Source of the DNA: a virus
Lineage: Duplodnaviria; Caudoviricetes
Virus record (IMG/VR): IMGVR_UViG_3300007280_000474
DNA length: 64,000 bases
Reading direction: 5' to 3' (one strand)
Below the pieces are notes generated by a model, which saw only the letters and a list, made by a program, of their open reading frames with translations, made no database searches and was not told where the DNA came from. Both the position numbers and the translations under genes were made by a program. Shown one piece after another: positions 28,920 to 39,011 of the stretch (the stretch's first letter is position 1; each line of letters begins with the position of its first letter).

Positions 28920-29101
28920 GACCAGCCTCCGTCAATTGTTTCCATTACTTCATTCATATGACCTAGCAACTGTGTGATAGGCTCATCATAATCACCAATA
29001 TCGTAATCAACACTATCTTGCTCTTCAAACATAGCCTTGATCTGATCTCCGTACTGAACAATCTGTTCTAGTTGTTCTCTCATTTCATCTGATATTGCCA
29101 T
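28916..29101 (-). CDS. Hypothetical acidic protein
   Basis: 61-aa ORF with SD. Confidence 0.55.
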   Translation of the reverse strand: MAISDEMREQLEQIVQYGDQIKAMFEEQDSVDYDIGDYDEPITQLLGHMNEVMETIDGGWS

Positions 29102-29532
29102 TACGCCTCCTTGCTAGGATCCCATATAGTCAAGTTCTTAGTCTTAAGTCTATTGACTACAATTTTATACCTGCTTTGTTCCTCTTGCCATTCCTTTAAC
29201 CATTTATGTCCGTCACGCTCTGCGTCAACAAAAATTGCATTAGTAAATGCTAATGGTAATAAGATAGCACAATGTATAACAATACTTGCTACTGTGTTGT
29301 AGCCAAACCAACCTAAGTAGTTGGCTGCTAAAAATCCAAAGAACACACTCCACACAACAAACAATACTAACATAAAGTATGTCTGTAGGCTAGGGTCTGG
29401 GATATACTTTAATGGATTGTATCTCACATCCATCACACGCCTCCAGCCACTCACAAGACTCATGACTGTTCTTCTGAATAGACTTGGCTTTTTAATTGCT
29501 GGTTCAATCATTTTTTCTTCCTTACTCAACAT
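29101..29532 (-). CDS. Hypothetical membrane protein
   Basis: Two TM segments; VMDVRYNPLKYIPD. Confidence 0.65.
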   Translation of the reverse strand: MLSKEEKMIEPAIKKPSLFRRTVMSLVSGWRRVMDVRYNPLKYIPDPSLQTYFMLVLFVVWSVFFGFLAANYLGWFGYNTVASIVIHCAILLPLAFTNAIFVDAERDGHKWLKEWQEEQSRYKIVVNRLKTKNLTIWDPSKEA

Positions 29533-29758
29533 GGTTCCTTATATATTCTTTGATCACATGCATTCCATATGATGCCCAAGTTATTACTACTAGACTCCAA
29601 AACAATATCTCTATCATTCATCTGAATCCTTTTTAATAGGATTGTCGTAGTAATCATGTGTGCCTGCTCTGTAACGTGCTTTCTTCTCACTTACAAGAAC
29701 ACTGCTCATGTATGCAAAATATCCAGCAGACAAAAAGATAACTACTCCAAATATAAAA

Positions 29759-29950
29759 TTAAGAATCTCCATCAAGATAGTCATCTAGCATCTCCTGTAT
29801 TTCGTCTGGTAGTTTGGCTCCCATTGCTACTGCAAAGTCTAATACAGTGATAAAGAACTCTTGCAAGTCTTCTTCACTGTTAAAACCTTCAATGTCAATG
29901 GTGGACTCTATGTTAGTCCTGCCACGTTTACCTGCTAATTTAATTTGCAT
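29759..29950 (-). CDS. Hypothetical protein, probably leaderless
   Basis: TTGACA-17-TATAAT (29959-29987) ends 8 nt before the ATG. Confidence 0.55.
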   Translation of the reverse strand: MQIKLAGKRGRTNIESTIDIEGFNSEEDLQEFFITVLDFAVAMGAKLPDEIQEMLDDYLDGDS

Positions 29951-29983
29951 AGTTCTTTATTATACGATTATAACGATTCAATG

Positions 29984-30409
29984 TCAACCTTTCTTTTGCT
30001 TGCTAAGTTTTTCTAAACTTAGTTTATCTTTAAGACTCATTAAGTATGCTGCACCTGCTAAAATAAAGATAGCACCTGCTTCTGCAAATAGCCCAATTGG
30101 TTCCATCTCTTTACTGTGCAACACAATAAGTCTACATAATGCTGTAATAGCAATGATAATAGGTAGTGTTACAGGAATACGTTCTGTGCTGTAAAATGCT
30201 CCAATCATTGCAACAACCTCTGCAAAGATAAACAACATAAACAAGTCTGCTAGTACAACTGATCTAGCAATAAACATACCAAATACATAGTCGCCAATGG
30301 CAAATATAGTACATACGCCAATCAATGCAATAATTGCACGTTCTGTTAACACTGTGGTCCAATGCATCTTATCGTCCTTCTTTAGTAAACTTTCAAATAA
30401 TTCTTTCAT
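29984..30409 (-). CDS. psiE: Phosphate-starvation-inducible PsiE-like membrane protein
   Basis: LADLFMLFIFAEV...RIPV..PIIIAITALCRLI. Confidence 0.85.
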   Translation of the reverse strand: MKELFESLLKKDDKMHWTTVLTERAIIALIGVCTIFAIGDYVFGMFIARSVVLADLFMLFIFAEVVAMIGAFYSTERIPVTLPIIIAITALCRLIVLHSKEMEPIGLFAEAGAIFILAGAAYLMSLKDKLSLEKLSKQKKG

Positions 30410-30586
30410 ACTATATGGTTCTCCCTGCTTTTCTTTGCCGTGTGTACAATACCACTTTTAGTTGTGTAGGGTTCTTTGCTTATACCCTTTGTACCTGCAT
30501 TGTCATTTATAAGTTGAAATAAAAATACAAACATTGCAATTACTGCTGGTAATAATATTGCTAATAAAATAACTCCGTCCATGTCC

Positions 30587-30769
30587 TCACCAATTGTGTA
30601 TTACATTTGCCATAATAAAGAAACATGTCATAAAGTTAACCCCCACAATAACAGTGCGGAGCAAAGCCACATAATTATCATAGGGTTCAGTTTTCTCATC
30701 TGAGAAACCACCTAATGCATATTTCCAAATAGTCCATACCTTACGCACTTTCGTACCTATCAAAGACAT
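30587..30769 (-). CDS. Small membrane protein
   Basis: IWKYALG.F.D.KT..YDN. Confidence 0.6.
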   Translation of the reverse strand: MSLIGTKVRKVWTIWKYALGGFSDEKTEPYDNYVALLRTVIVGVNFMTCFFIMANVIHNW

Positions 30770-31793
30770 GGTTAATTACATTGTTAACTCTAACGAAGTG
30801 AGCACACTTGGGCATATCCTTTATACGAGTTGCACCAATGTATGTACATGTACTTCTTACTCCGCCGAGTATTTGTTCTACTGTATTGCTTACAGGACCT
30901 CTATCCGGCATAACAATAGTCTTGCCTTCTGTGCCTCTGTAGCCGTCCTTTCTAGCACCATGTGTATCAAGTGCTGTTTGCGAACTCATGCCGTAGAACA
31001 CTCTGTTACCATCTACTAGTTCTGCTTCACTTTCTTCATGTCCTGCTAACATACCTCCTAGCATTACAAAGTGAGCACCGCCTGCTAATGCTTTTGCTAC
31101 ATCGCCTGGTTGTGTACAACCACCGTCAGCAATTATGTGTCCACCAACTCCATTAGCGGCATCGGCACAATCCATAATTGCACTAAACTGTGGTACGCCT
31201 ACACCTGTTTGTGTTCTTGTAGTACAAACACTGCCTGGACCAATACCAACTTTGACAACGTCAGCACCCTTTATAATCAATTCTTCAGTCATATTAGGAG
31301 TGACAACATTGCCGGCGATTATAATCTTATCAGGGTATTCTTCTCTGATACGTTGTACAAAGTCGATATAGGATTGATGATAGCCGTTAGCCACATCAAT
31401 TGTGATTGCTGGAATGTCTGGCCATGATTGCATTACTTGTTTTAGTGTTTGGTAATCAGTTGCATTGTTATCCCAAAGTGCACCAGTGCCAACGCATGCT
31501 GAAATGTACTTCAGTTCTAAGCCACTGCCCATTGCTTCTTTCCACTGTTCAAAGGTGTAGTGCTTTCTGATAACAGTCATCATCTTAAACTTCTGTAAGG
31601 TCTTAGCCATACTAAATGTTCCTACACCATCCATGTTACTAGCCATAATAGGCACATAACTTAGTGAACGCCCGCTGTTTCTAAACGAAAACTCACGCAT
31701 AATGTTTACGTCTTTCCTAGAGCTCAAGGTAGAGCGTTTAGGTTGTAGCAATACATCAGCATAATCTAAATGTATATTGTAGTCGATTCTCAT
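30741..31793 (-). CDS. guaC: GMP reductase
   Basis: LDYADVLL.PKRSTL.SR, SNMDGVG, IDVANG, GIGPGSVCTTR, GGVRSTCTY. Confidence 0.95.
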   Translation of the reverse strand: MRIDYNIHLDYADVLLQPKRSTLSSRKDVNIMREFSFRNSGRSLSYVPIMASNMDGVGTFSMAKTLQKFKMMTVIRKHYTFEQWKEAMGSGLELKYISACVGTGALWDNNATDYQTLKQVMQSWPDIPAITIDVANGYHQSYIDFVQRIREEYPDKIIIAGNVVTPNMTEELIIKGADVVKVGIGPGSVCTTRTQTGVGVPQFSAIMDCADAANGVGGHIIADGGCTQPGDVAKALAGGAHFVMLGGMLAGHEESEAELVDGNRVFYGMSSQTALDTHGARKDGYRGTEGKTIVMPDRGPVSNTVEQILGGVRSTCTYIGATRIKDMPKCAHFVRVNNVINHVFDRYESA

Positions 31794-31972
31794 ACAAATT
31801 GTCCTATTAAAAACATTGAAAGTAACATAAAGCCTAACACACATACCTGAATTATTGACGCCCATGCTACTTGCTTCATTGGGTGCATTTCTACTAGTTT
31901 ATCTAGTGCGTCTACATCAGGACTTAGGTTAACTGCCTGTAGTACTTTCTCTTCTGTTGATTTCTTATTCAA
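31790..31972 (-). CDS. Small membrane protein
   Basis: 60-aa ORF with C-terminal TM. Confidence 0.55.
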   Translation of the reverse strand: MNKKSTEEKVLQAVNLSPDVDALDKLVEMHPMKQVAWASIIQVCVLGFMLLSMFLIGQFV

Positions 31973-32484
31973 TCTATTACCTCGTCCTTAGTGTACTTTG
32001 TCCAATCTGTGAAGTTCTTTCTGGTTTGTAATTCATGTACACTATGACACCAAACTCCAGGATTAGTTGCTTTGAAGTCTTTATCATCTAACTTCAAAGT
32101 AGCATTATAATTAAACTGTGAGATGTATGGCAACTTAACACTTATCATCGGAATGAATGTGTCATACTCTGTCATACCTCCTTCTAGTACTGTTTCAGCA
32201 TACTTGACATCAAAGTCAAGTGTTACCCAAATACCTTCTTTAACTAGTTCCATACATAGTTCATCCCATGCAAGTAATTCCTTAGTATTGGATAAGTCTG
32301 GTTGATAACTTTGGTTTGCACCTAAATAGATGTGAGGACAATTAGAGTTTAATGCTCTAGCAAGTATCTCTTCTTTAGGCTGTAAACCCACTACAAACAA
32401 TGTACGTTGACCGTGTGCAGGTGAGTGCTCTACTTCTGTTCCTATAAAGAACTTAGTATCGTCTGTGTGTCCTTCTCTATCCAT
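31969..32484 (-). CDS. Hypothetical protein downstream of the DpdA/TGT gene
   Basis: G.EVEH.P..G.RTLFVVG, HIYLGAN, TNPGVW. Confidence 0.7.
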   Translation of the reverse strand: MDREGHTDDTKFFIGTEVEHSPAHGQRTLFVVGLQPKEEILARALNSNCPHIYLGANQSYQPDLSNTKELLAWDELCMELVKEGIWVTLDFDVKYAETVLEGGMTEYDTFIPMISVKLPYISQFNYNATLKLDDKDFKATNPGVWCHSVHELQTRKNFTDWTKYTKDEVID

Positions 32485-32702
32485 TAGTACCTCGTATATC
32501 CCCAAGTTAATAATTGTTCTGCTTGTTCGCATGCGGATTCGTATGGCACAATTTTTGATACCACAGGATTACCATCTTTTATTTCAGTGATCCTCACGTG
32601 GTCGTCTTGTTGTATCGAGTGTTGCATTAACACTTCGTGCCCTTCATACATGTAGCAACCTTCGATAGGTACTACACTAATTTTAGAATTCAAAGAAGTC
32701 AT
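32484..32702 (-). CDS. Hypothetical protein
   Basis: 72-aa ORF. Confidence 0.45.
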   Translation of the reverse strand: MTSLNSKISVVPIEGCYMYEGHEVLMQHSIQQDDHVRITEIKDGNPVVSKIVPYESACEQAEQLLTWGYTRY

Positions 32703-34245
32703 TTATTACCTCCTCCTTAGTAGTTCCTTCATCGCCTGCAAAACTAACTGCTGTTAGAAACTCATCATAATCAACTAGCATTTGTCTAGGATTAGGATTA
32801 GCAGGATCAAGTATATCCTCTGCAAACCTTTGGAACATTAATATATTAACCGGTACATATGGAGACAGTTCTTGTGCCTTGCTATTCTTCTTAGACTTCT
32901 GCCAACCTTTGTAGTTTGCTACATCTCTGTAACGTTCTACATCAGCAAGTCTATTTGCTTCTTGAACTGCATCAATATGATTGTAAACACTGTGAGCCAT
33001 GTAATACAAATAACTTTGTGTGTCCCATGTAGTACTATCACGTTCTGCAAACAATTGGTTGCCATCTTTATCTAACTTAGGTTCACCATGCTTGTCTGTC
33101 AATGGCTGTCCTTCGCTAAACTTGAAGTTACCATTCTTGTCTTGATCACCTGGACCCATTGTACATAAGTCACCCATCTTAAGCCTTTCCATAATAGGGC
33201 TATGACCAAACGGTGCTGGCAAGTCACTGCCAACTAAGTCTTGTTGATCAAATGCTCTATCCATAAAGTAACCAAACTTACCAGGCTCAAAGAAGTTATG
33301 TGCATAAGTTTGTCCATATGCTGTATTAACAAATGGACTAGCGGCATCAAAACTCAATGTGATGTTAGGGTTATCATGTTTGCGTAATTGTCTTTGTATT
33401 GCTGTTAAGAAACATGCCCACTGTAGTTTACCAGTACCTAAAAAGTGTATCCAATCTTTACCTTCAAGCAGTCCATCTTCACGCAAGTCTAGTATACGAT
33501 TAAGTACACACTTCATGTCTTTCATGTTAATACCAGCAAACGCATAGCCTTCTAGTGTACGATTTGCATCGCCGTATGCTTGCTCTACAAAACTTGGGTT
33601 ACTAAAGTTCTTAACTTGATCGTACCATTCTTTACTTGTTGCTTCGTCTGTACCACTTAGTACATTTAAGAACTTAGTTGCACCTGGTACTCTGTTTTGT
33701 ACAAAGTAATGCAAGTTAAGTAAACTGATATCCAATGTGTCTTTAAACTCAGTTAGTCCTGTTTTACTGCTTAGTGGTTCAACTGCAGCAAAGGCTGGAA
33801 TGTCTAATGTCATACTCCAGTCTGCTGTATGCTCTAACCAACGTAATATCTTTTCGCACATTTTTGTGCGAGCAGGATCATTAGGATCTTTAGCATTAGT
33901 CCAATCAAGTTTCATAACACCTGTAGCAATCTGGAAACCACCTGAGTCACCAAGTATTACTTTTACAGTATTACGATCACGCTCTTGTATCATAGGTTCG
34001 TCAGCATGACTCTTGTCAATGTCTAAGTGAGCATGTCCTGCTGAATACAATCCATATGGATAATGAAAGTATGTATCCTTGTCTTTGAGAAAGTCTAGTC
34101 CTTCGTTACCGTGTTCAAACCCTGCAGGAGTCCTGCTGTCCTCAGGCACTTTGTTGATGATTTTATCAACTTGCTTTACATAAAAACTACTAATGGCGGG
34201 CAGATATACTGCATAGTCTTTCTGTGATTTGCCTAAGTCTCGCAT
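32683..34245 (-). CDS. tRNA-guanine transglycosylase-like protein (DpdA-type DNA base-exchange enzyme)
   Basis: GDSGGFQ, MTLDIP, IHFLG, SFDAASP TGT motifs; no CxCxxC Zn site. Confidence 0.8.
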   Translation of the reverse strand: MRDLGKSQKDYAVYLPAISSFYVKQVDKIINKVPEDSRTPAGFEHGNEGLDFLKDKDTYFHYPYGLYSAGHAHLDIDKSHADEPMIQERDRNTVKVILGDSGGFQIATGVMKLDWTNAKDPNDPARTKMCEKILRWLEHTADWSMTLDIPAFAAVEPLSSKTGLTEFKDTLDISLLNLHYFVQNRVPGATKFLNVLSGTDEATSKEWYDQVKNFSNPSFVEQAYGDANRTLEGYAFAGINMKDMKCVLNRILDLREDGLLEGKDWIHFLGTGKLQWACFLTAIQRQLRKHDNPNITLSFDAASPFVNTAYGQTYAHNFFEPGKFGYFMDRAFDQQDLVGSDLPAPFGHSPIMERLKMGDLCTMGPGDQDKNGNFKFSEGQPLTDKHGEPKLDKDGNQLFAERDSTTWDTQSYLYYMAHSVYNHIDAVQEANRLADVERYRDVANYKGWQKSKKNSKAQELSPYVPVNILMFQRFAEDILDPANPNPRQMLVDYDEFLTAVSFAGDEGTTKEEVINDFFEF

Positions 34246-34435
34246 AGTTTCTCCTAGTGTGTCTCTGTAAGTTTATCTAGTTCGTCTAGATTGTGTTCAC
34301 CTAGTAACTCTACTTCAAACATATCGTTAGGTAGTAGTTTTACTGTGTGTGGTAATTCATACCCTTTGCTTACAAGAGTGTCTACCTTAACAGTAAACTC
34401 TCTGTAATCGTCTTTGTTTAGTACTGCTGTCATTA

Positions 34436-35191
34436 TTATCCTTTTGCTGGCAATAAGTATGTGTACTCACCAAGTCCACTTAATACTTTAATTTGCATTA
34501 AGCCTTGATCGTTAATGCTCATTACACAATTAGCACTATCGCTTAGACGTAAAATCTTTAACACGATGTCTAGTGGCCATTTCCAATCTCTTGTAATGCT
34601 ACCATCGATATCACTGTTAATGTGTACTTTTGCTCTATCACTTACGCCATCGCCAATGTGGAATGTTAAGTTAGTGCCATCTGTCTTAGGCGAGAACGTT
34701 GCTTCATATGCACCGAGGATACCATTGAAGTAGTTTAAGTCTTTCAAGTTCTTCGCTGTAGGAACAATGTTTACACCAAACTCAGCACCTTTAAAAGTGA
34801 TGTCTTTCATTTGCTGATTAACAACATCTGCAAGCATGAAACGATAGTTTGCATCGTTACCATCTGTGCTTTTGAATGCTACTTCAGTTGGTACTTCTTC
34901 ACCGTTACGTTCTTGCTTAACAACTTCTACTGTTGCATCTTCGCTGTCAAAGCCTGGGTAGTTCAAGTAACCTTGTAACACTCCCATTCTACTTAGACCC
35001 AATGTTCCGTCTACAAAGTCAGGCACTGGGTTAACAGTTTTACCTTTAAAGATAACAGTCTTCTCAGGATCAACAGTTTGTATTTCTGTTTGCTCTAGAT
35101 CGCCTGTGATCTTAACCATCTCAAAAATACCTAAGCCATGTGTGTGCTTCAGTACGTCTTTGAGAATGTCTTTAATATGATTTGTCGCCAT
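34436..35191 (-). CDS. DNA polymerase sliding clamp (gp45/PCNA-like)
   Basis: 251 aa near polB; C-terminal YTYLLPA; PolB and the TGT both end in PIP-like FFEF. Confidence 0.7.
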   Translation of the reverse strand: MATNHIKDILKDVLKHTHGLGIFEMVKITGDLEQTEIQTVDPEKTVIFKGKTVNPVPDFVDGTLGLSRMGVLQGYLNYPGFDSEDATVEVVKQERNGEEVPTEVAFKSTDGNDANYRFMLADVVNQQMKDITFKGAEFGVNIVPTAKNLKDLNYFNGILGAYEATFSPKTDGTNLTFHIGDGVSDRAKVHINSDIDGSITRDWKWPLDIVLKILRLSDSANCVMSINDQGLMQIKVLSGLGEYTYLLPAKG

Positions 35192-35217
35192 TATATTTTC
35201 TCCAATTTGATTGCGTA

Positions 35218-35246
35218 ATTATACTTTAAGTATTTAGATAAGTCAA
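35218..35246 (-). promoter_or_regulatory. sigma70-type promoter for the clamp-dpdA unit
   Basis: TTGACT-17-TATAAT. Confidence 0.8.
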
Positions 35247-35533
35247 GCATTTCTTGCCTCTTTTTTTCGATTCTTTTTATCAAAGTAATGCCTGATGATT
35301 GTTTTTCTTATTATTGCTATAGTCCCAAAGCAGATAGTTAAGTACACTGAGGTCCAAAATATCTCTTGCTCTTGTGTGTCTACCCACAATATAAATGTGT
35401 TTGCCGCAATGTATAACAATAGTATGTTTATAGGAAAGTTTATTACTGTGGCTATGCCTGTATCAATGCATGCTTCTTTGAATGCCGCCCATGGAAACCT
35501 ACGTTCCTTGACTATTTTGTATCCTTTACTCAT
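35243..35533 (-). CDS. Small membrane protein
   Basis: Two TM segments. Confidence 0.6.
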   Translation of the reverse strand: MSKGYKIVKERRFPWAAFKEACIDTGIATVINFPINILLLYIAANTFILWVDTQEQEIFWTSVYLTICFGTIAIIRKTIIRHYFDKKNRKKEARNA

Positions 35534-36317
35534 TATCTAACTCCAGTAGATTTGTTATACACACTCTGTTAACATCACCGCGTTTATATTTTGCATAATT
35601 GTCAGTCTTATCCAAACCAAATATAACGGTTGAACTTGGAATCAACTCATACTTGCGACATATACTCTTTTGCTTTGAGGCATACTTGTTTGGCATGTCG
35701 TCAGGTCCAACAGTTGATAATAGATCGTAATGATACTCTGCACTAGCCACTAGTGGATACTGCCAGTCAGCATACTGTGTGCATGCAAAAGGCTCTTTGG
35801 TGTACAACAATCCAACACGTCTTAGTCCTGTGCCAAATACTTTACTGAGTGAAAAACAAACACTGGTAACATTTTTGTATGGCTTGAAGTCAAAGTTAAT
35901 ATCTTTGCATATACCAAACAATGCACAATCTATAAAGATAGGCACGCCATAACTGTTTGCTTCACGCAACTTGTCTAGCGAGCAATTACCATCTCCACTG
36001 AACGGATGGCTTAGTATGATACAGTCCGCTTCACGCAAATCTGTAGTAACTCTATTGCCTAGTACTTTTTTATGGTAGCCGTACTCACCTTCGAACACAC
36101 CTATTTTATTATGCAATGCATACAGTTGATTGAACGCATCTGTGACTCCGCTAACAATATATTTCTTCCTGGGTAAACCTTTTACTTCTTGTACACTGCT
36201 ATGTACCCAAATATGAAACTTATGTTCAAACTCCGCAAGCTCACGTCTATTGTCGTTGACAATAGACATATCATAGTTAAATGCTTTTGCTGAACCTGTT
36301 AGTAAATCCCTTTTCAT
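35526..36317 (-). CDS. Fold-type I PLP-dependent enzyme-like protein
   Basis: FIDCA, FSLSKVFG..RVG. Confidence 0.7.
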   Translation of the reverse strand: MKRDLLTGSAKAFNYDMSIVNDNRRELAEFEHKFHIWVHSSVQEVKGLPRKKYIVSGVTDAFNQLYALHNKIGVFEGEYGYHKKVLGNRVTTDLREADCIILSHPFSGDGNCSLDKLREANSYGVPIFIDCALFGICKDINFDFKPYKNVTSVCFSLSKVFGTGLRRVGLLYTKEPFACTQYADWQYPLVASAEYHYDLLSTVGPDDMPNKYASKQKSICRKYELIPSSTVIFGLDKTDNYAKYKRGDVNRVCITNLLELDNE

Positions 36318-39011
36318 TTAAAACTCAAAAAACTGTTGTAGTGTTTCGCTCTCATGTATCTTGTCTAAGTCGAAACCCATTTGTCCAATAACGTTGCTTA
36401 CCTTCTTGTCAAGTACAGCATGTTCCATTGCCTCCTCATCGAATGGCAAATCCTTAAACCAATCTGGCAGTTGCATTTCATCTGTTGGGTATGCGATACT
36501 GTCATAACCCATTGCGTTACTCTTTAACCTACACACAATAACTTTCATACCATCAGTGATAGTCATACTGTAGTTGTCGCCCATTGCTTGTTTAAAGTTA
36601 TTCCAATTGATGCTTGCTCTAACGTGTCCTGGGATAGTAACTGTTTTCTTGCCTTCATTCTTTACAGCATTAAGTTTGTGTAGTCTGTAGTTGCCTGGAG
36701 CATCTACTTTTGCTTTGTCTGCCATCTTAGATGCATACAGTGTAAGGTTGTTTACACGTTTAGGCATACCTTTATTCCAAGCAGGCAAGTCTTTGAAATA
36801 CTTTTTGTAGTCTTTGATCTTGCTTATTACTTCTGGTTCTTTGTGACCGTTCAAACAATCAATTAGTATTTCTTCCAAGAAGTCCTGTATAAACTCAGGC
36901 GTATCAGAACGCTTCAAGTCCAAGCCCATTGCTTTTAGTTTACCGCCTTCTGGTTGCCAACCTTCCAAGTCTAGTACTTGGATAGCATATCTCTTCTTGG
37001 TGATAAACAAACCAGAACGTCCAACTACCTCACGCCCTGCTTTCATTACTTGTCCAAAACTCTTAGGCACGTTAAACGTATCTTGCAAGAACTGCGGGAA
37101 TGTATCACTAACAGTATCCGACACGTGATCATACAGTTTGATTGCACTATCCATATCAAGTTCTTGCCCTTCGGGCAATGCTGGAACAGCACTAAAATAC
37201 ACAGAGTCTGTGTCGCCATATATCATACAGTCACCTGTGTGATCATATTTGCCTGTGAACAAGCGATTAGTTTCTGCTCCCATGTGCTTGGTGATAGCAC
37301 GACCAGTAAGTGTAGTACTCTGTCCTATACGTTTATCAAAGAACCTACAATGTGGATTAAGTATCGCACCATACAAACTGTTCAAGTTAATCTTCTTAAC
37401 CAACTGTCGCTTGTCATAGAATGCTTTCTCAGCATCTGTGGTTGCTTCTTTCTTCTTAGCCTGTAACTGTTGTCGTTCTGCATACCAACGCTCTAGTAGT
37501 CCTGGCACAATACCTTGAAAGTCTGTTCTAAAGATTGTACCATTGGCACTGATATTCCAGGGCTGATCACTTTTGAATACCAAATTGTATACGTCTGCAC
37601 CTGTGCATTCAATGCTCTCACCAGACTCCATGTCTAGTTTCAACGGCTTGTTGATATCTTTAGCCATTACCATTTCAAATTCATTAGTACCAAACTTACC
37701 TAACCAAGCATCAGCAAATGATTTCTTTTCTAGTTTCTGTGCATTGTGTATTTCTTCATCTGTATACTCAGGTCTAATCTGTGCAACAATAGTTTCAGGA
37801 GCCATATTTAATGCTCTAAACACACTAGGATATAGACTGTTCAAGTCCATTGAGCCTACCCATTCATGGAAGCCTTTCTTAGGGAAGGCAACATAAGCAC
37901 CTGCCGCTTGCGTATCTTCATCTCTGTTACGTTTGCGATCAGGAACAATGTATCCACGTCTGTGTGACTCATTGATAATTGCTTGCTCTGTGGTTGCTAC
38001 AGCACCCATTGTTACAGGAAGCAGTACAGTATTGTCATGTGCAATAGTGTTTGCTAAGTCAATAAACTGTAGTTTCTTATCCAGTTTATCTAACAGCATA
38101 ACGTCTTGAATGTTATATTCTAAGAACTTTTCAAAGTCATGATTGTAAAGTCTATCCAACGAACCTTCATAGGCTACCTTCTTCTCACCTACTTCCATTT
38201 CACCAATGTAGTCTAGTCTGTAACTGTGTCGTTCCTCATAGTTGTATTTCCTGTACAGTTGCATATAGTCCAAATGTACACGCCCTATAAGATCATATGT
38301 TACACGTTCTGCTCCGAAAGCCTCATACGTCTTCTTCATTGGCATTTGATCAAACAAACAAAGTTTACGCAACTCTGCTTTACCAATAGTACGAATGATT
38401 CTGTTAACAGTGTAAGGAATATCATAACCCTCACTGTTCCAACCACTTAGTATGTCTGCGTCTTCTATGACTTCTAAGAATGTTTTAAGCATTTCTGCTT
38501 CTGTGCGGAACAACACGACCTCTGGCATCTTGGCTGCAATACTTTGTGCTTGGCCCCAACTGAGTGTCTTAGGTGGGACTGCCAAACAAATCATTGCGTC
38601 CATCCACTGCAAGTATACACCAATAGATGTAATAGGAGTAAATGAATCCTCAGGGGAACTATATCCACGTTGTGGATCAAAGTCTACCTCGATGTCGAAG
38701 AATGCTGTATGCAGTCTGGGTGGTTCAGCATTTATGTAATGCTTTGCTAGAGTTTTGTTAAGTGGCTTGATGTCACTTTCGAATGTAGTGTTATGTTGAT
38801 TAATGGCAACATTCTTTTTGAAGTCTTTGCCATTCTTACTACGCACCTCAGTCACAGACTGACCGTGTATAGTTTGATGTTTTCCTTTAGGATCGAGTAT
38901 ATAGAAATTATACTCTGGGTTTATGTCTTGAATAATTCTTTTGCCATCTACACGCTCTGCAACATGTATGATATCCTTAGCCTTATTCAGATACGCATCA
39001 ACGTAACTCAT
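36318..39011 (-). CDS. Family B DNA polymerase with 3'-5' exonuclease
   Basis: FDIE, GWNSEGYD, DLNSLYPS, KINLNSLYG, YGDTDS, KKRY. Confidence 0.97.
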   Translation of the reverse strand: MSYVDAYLNKAKDIIHVAERVDGKRIIQDINPEYNFYILDPKGKHQTIHGQSVTEVRSKNGKDFKKNVAINQHNTTFESDIKPLNKTLAKHYINAEPPRLHTAFFDIEVDFDPQRGYSSPEDSFTPITSIGVYLQWMDAMICLAVPPKTLSWGQAQSIAAKMPEVVLFRTEAEMLKTFLEVIEDADILSGWNSEGYDIPYTVNRIIRTIGKAELRKLCLFDQMPMKKTYEAFGAERVTYDLIGRVHLDYMQLYRKYNYEERHSYRLDYIGEMEVGEKKVAYEGSLDRLYNHDFEKFLEYNIQDVMLLDKLDKKLQFIDLANTIAHDNTVLLPVTMGAVATTEQAIINESHRRGYIVPDRKRNRDEDTQAAGAYVAFPKKGFHEWVGSMDLNSLYPSVFRALNMAPETIVAQIRPEYTDEEIHNAQKLEKKSFADAWLGKFGTNEFEMVMAKDINKPLKLDMESGESIECTGADVYNLVFKSDQPWNISANGTIFRTDFQGIVPGLLERWYAERQQLQAKKKEATTDAEKAFYDKRQLVKKINLNSLYGAILNPHCRFFDKRIGQSTTLTGRAITKHMGAETNRLFTGKYDHTGDCMIYGDTDSVYFSAVPALPEGQELDMDSAIKLYDHVSDTVSDTFPQFLQDTFNVPKSFGQVMKAGREVVGRSGLFITKKRYAIQVLDLEGWQPEGGKLKAMGLDLKRSDTPEFIQDFLEEILIDCLNGHKEPEVISKIKDYKKYFKDLPAWNKGMPKRVNNLTLYASKMADKAKVDAPGNYRLHKLNAVKNEGKKTVTIPGHVRASINWNNFKQAMGDNYSMTITDGMKVIVCRLKSNAMGYDSIAYPTDEMQLPDWFKDLPFDEEAMEHAVLDKKVSNVIGQMGFDLDKIHESETLQQFFEF

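Noticed and set aside
32683-34245. Canonical tRNA-modifying tgt
   Set aside because: Divergent, lacks the Zn-binding Cys cluster, and sits with replication genes; a DpdA-like role is preferred but unproven
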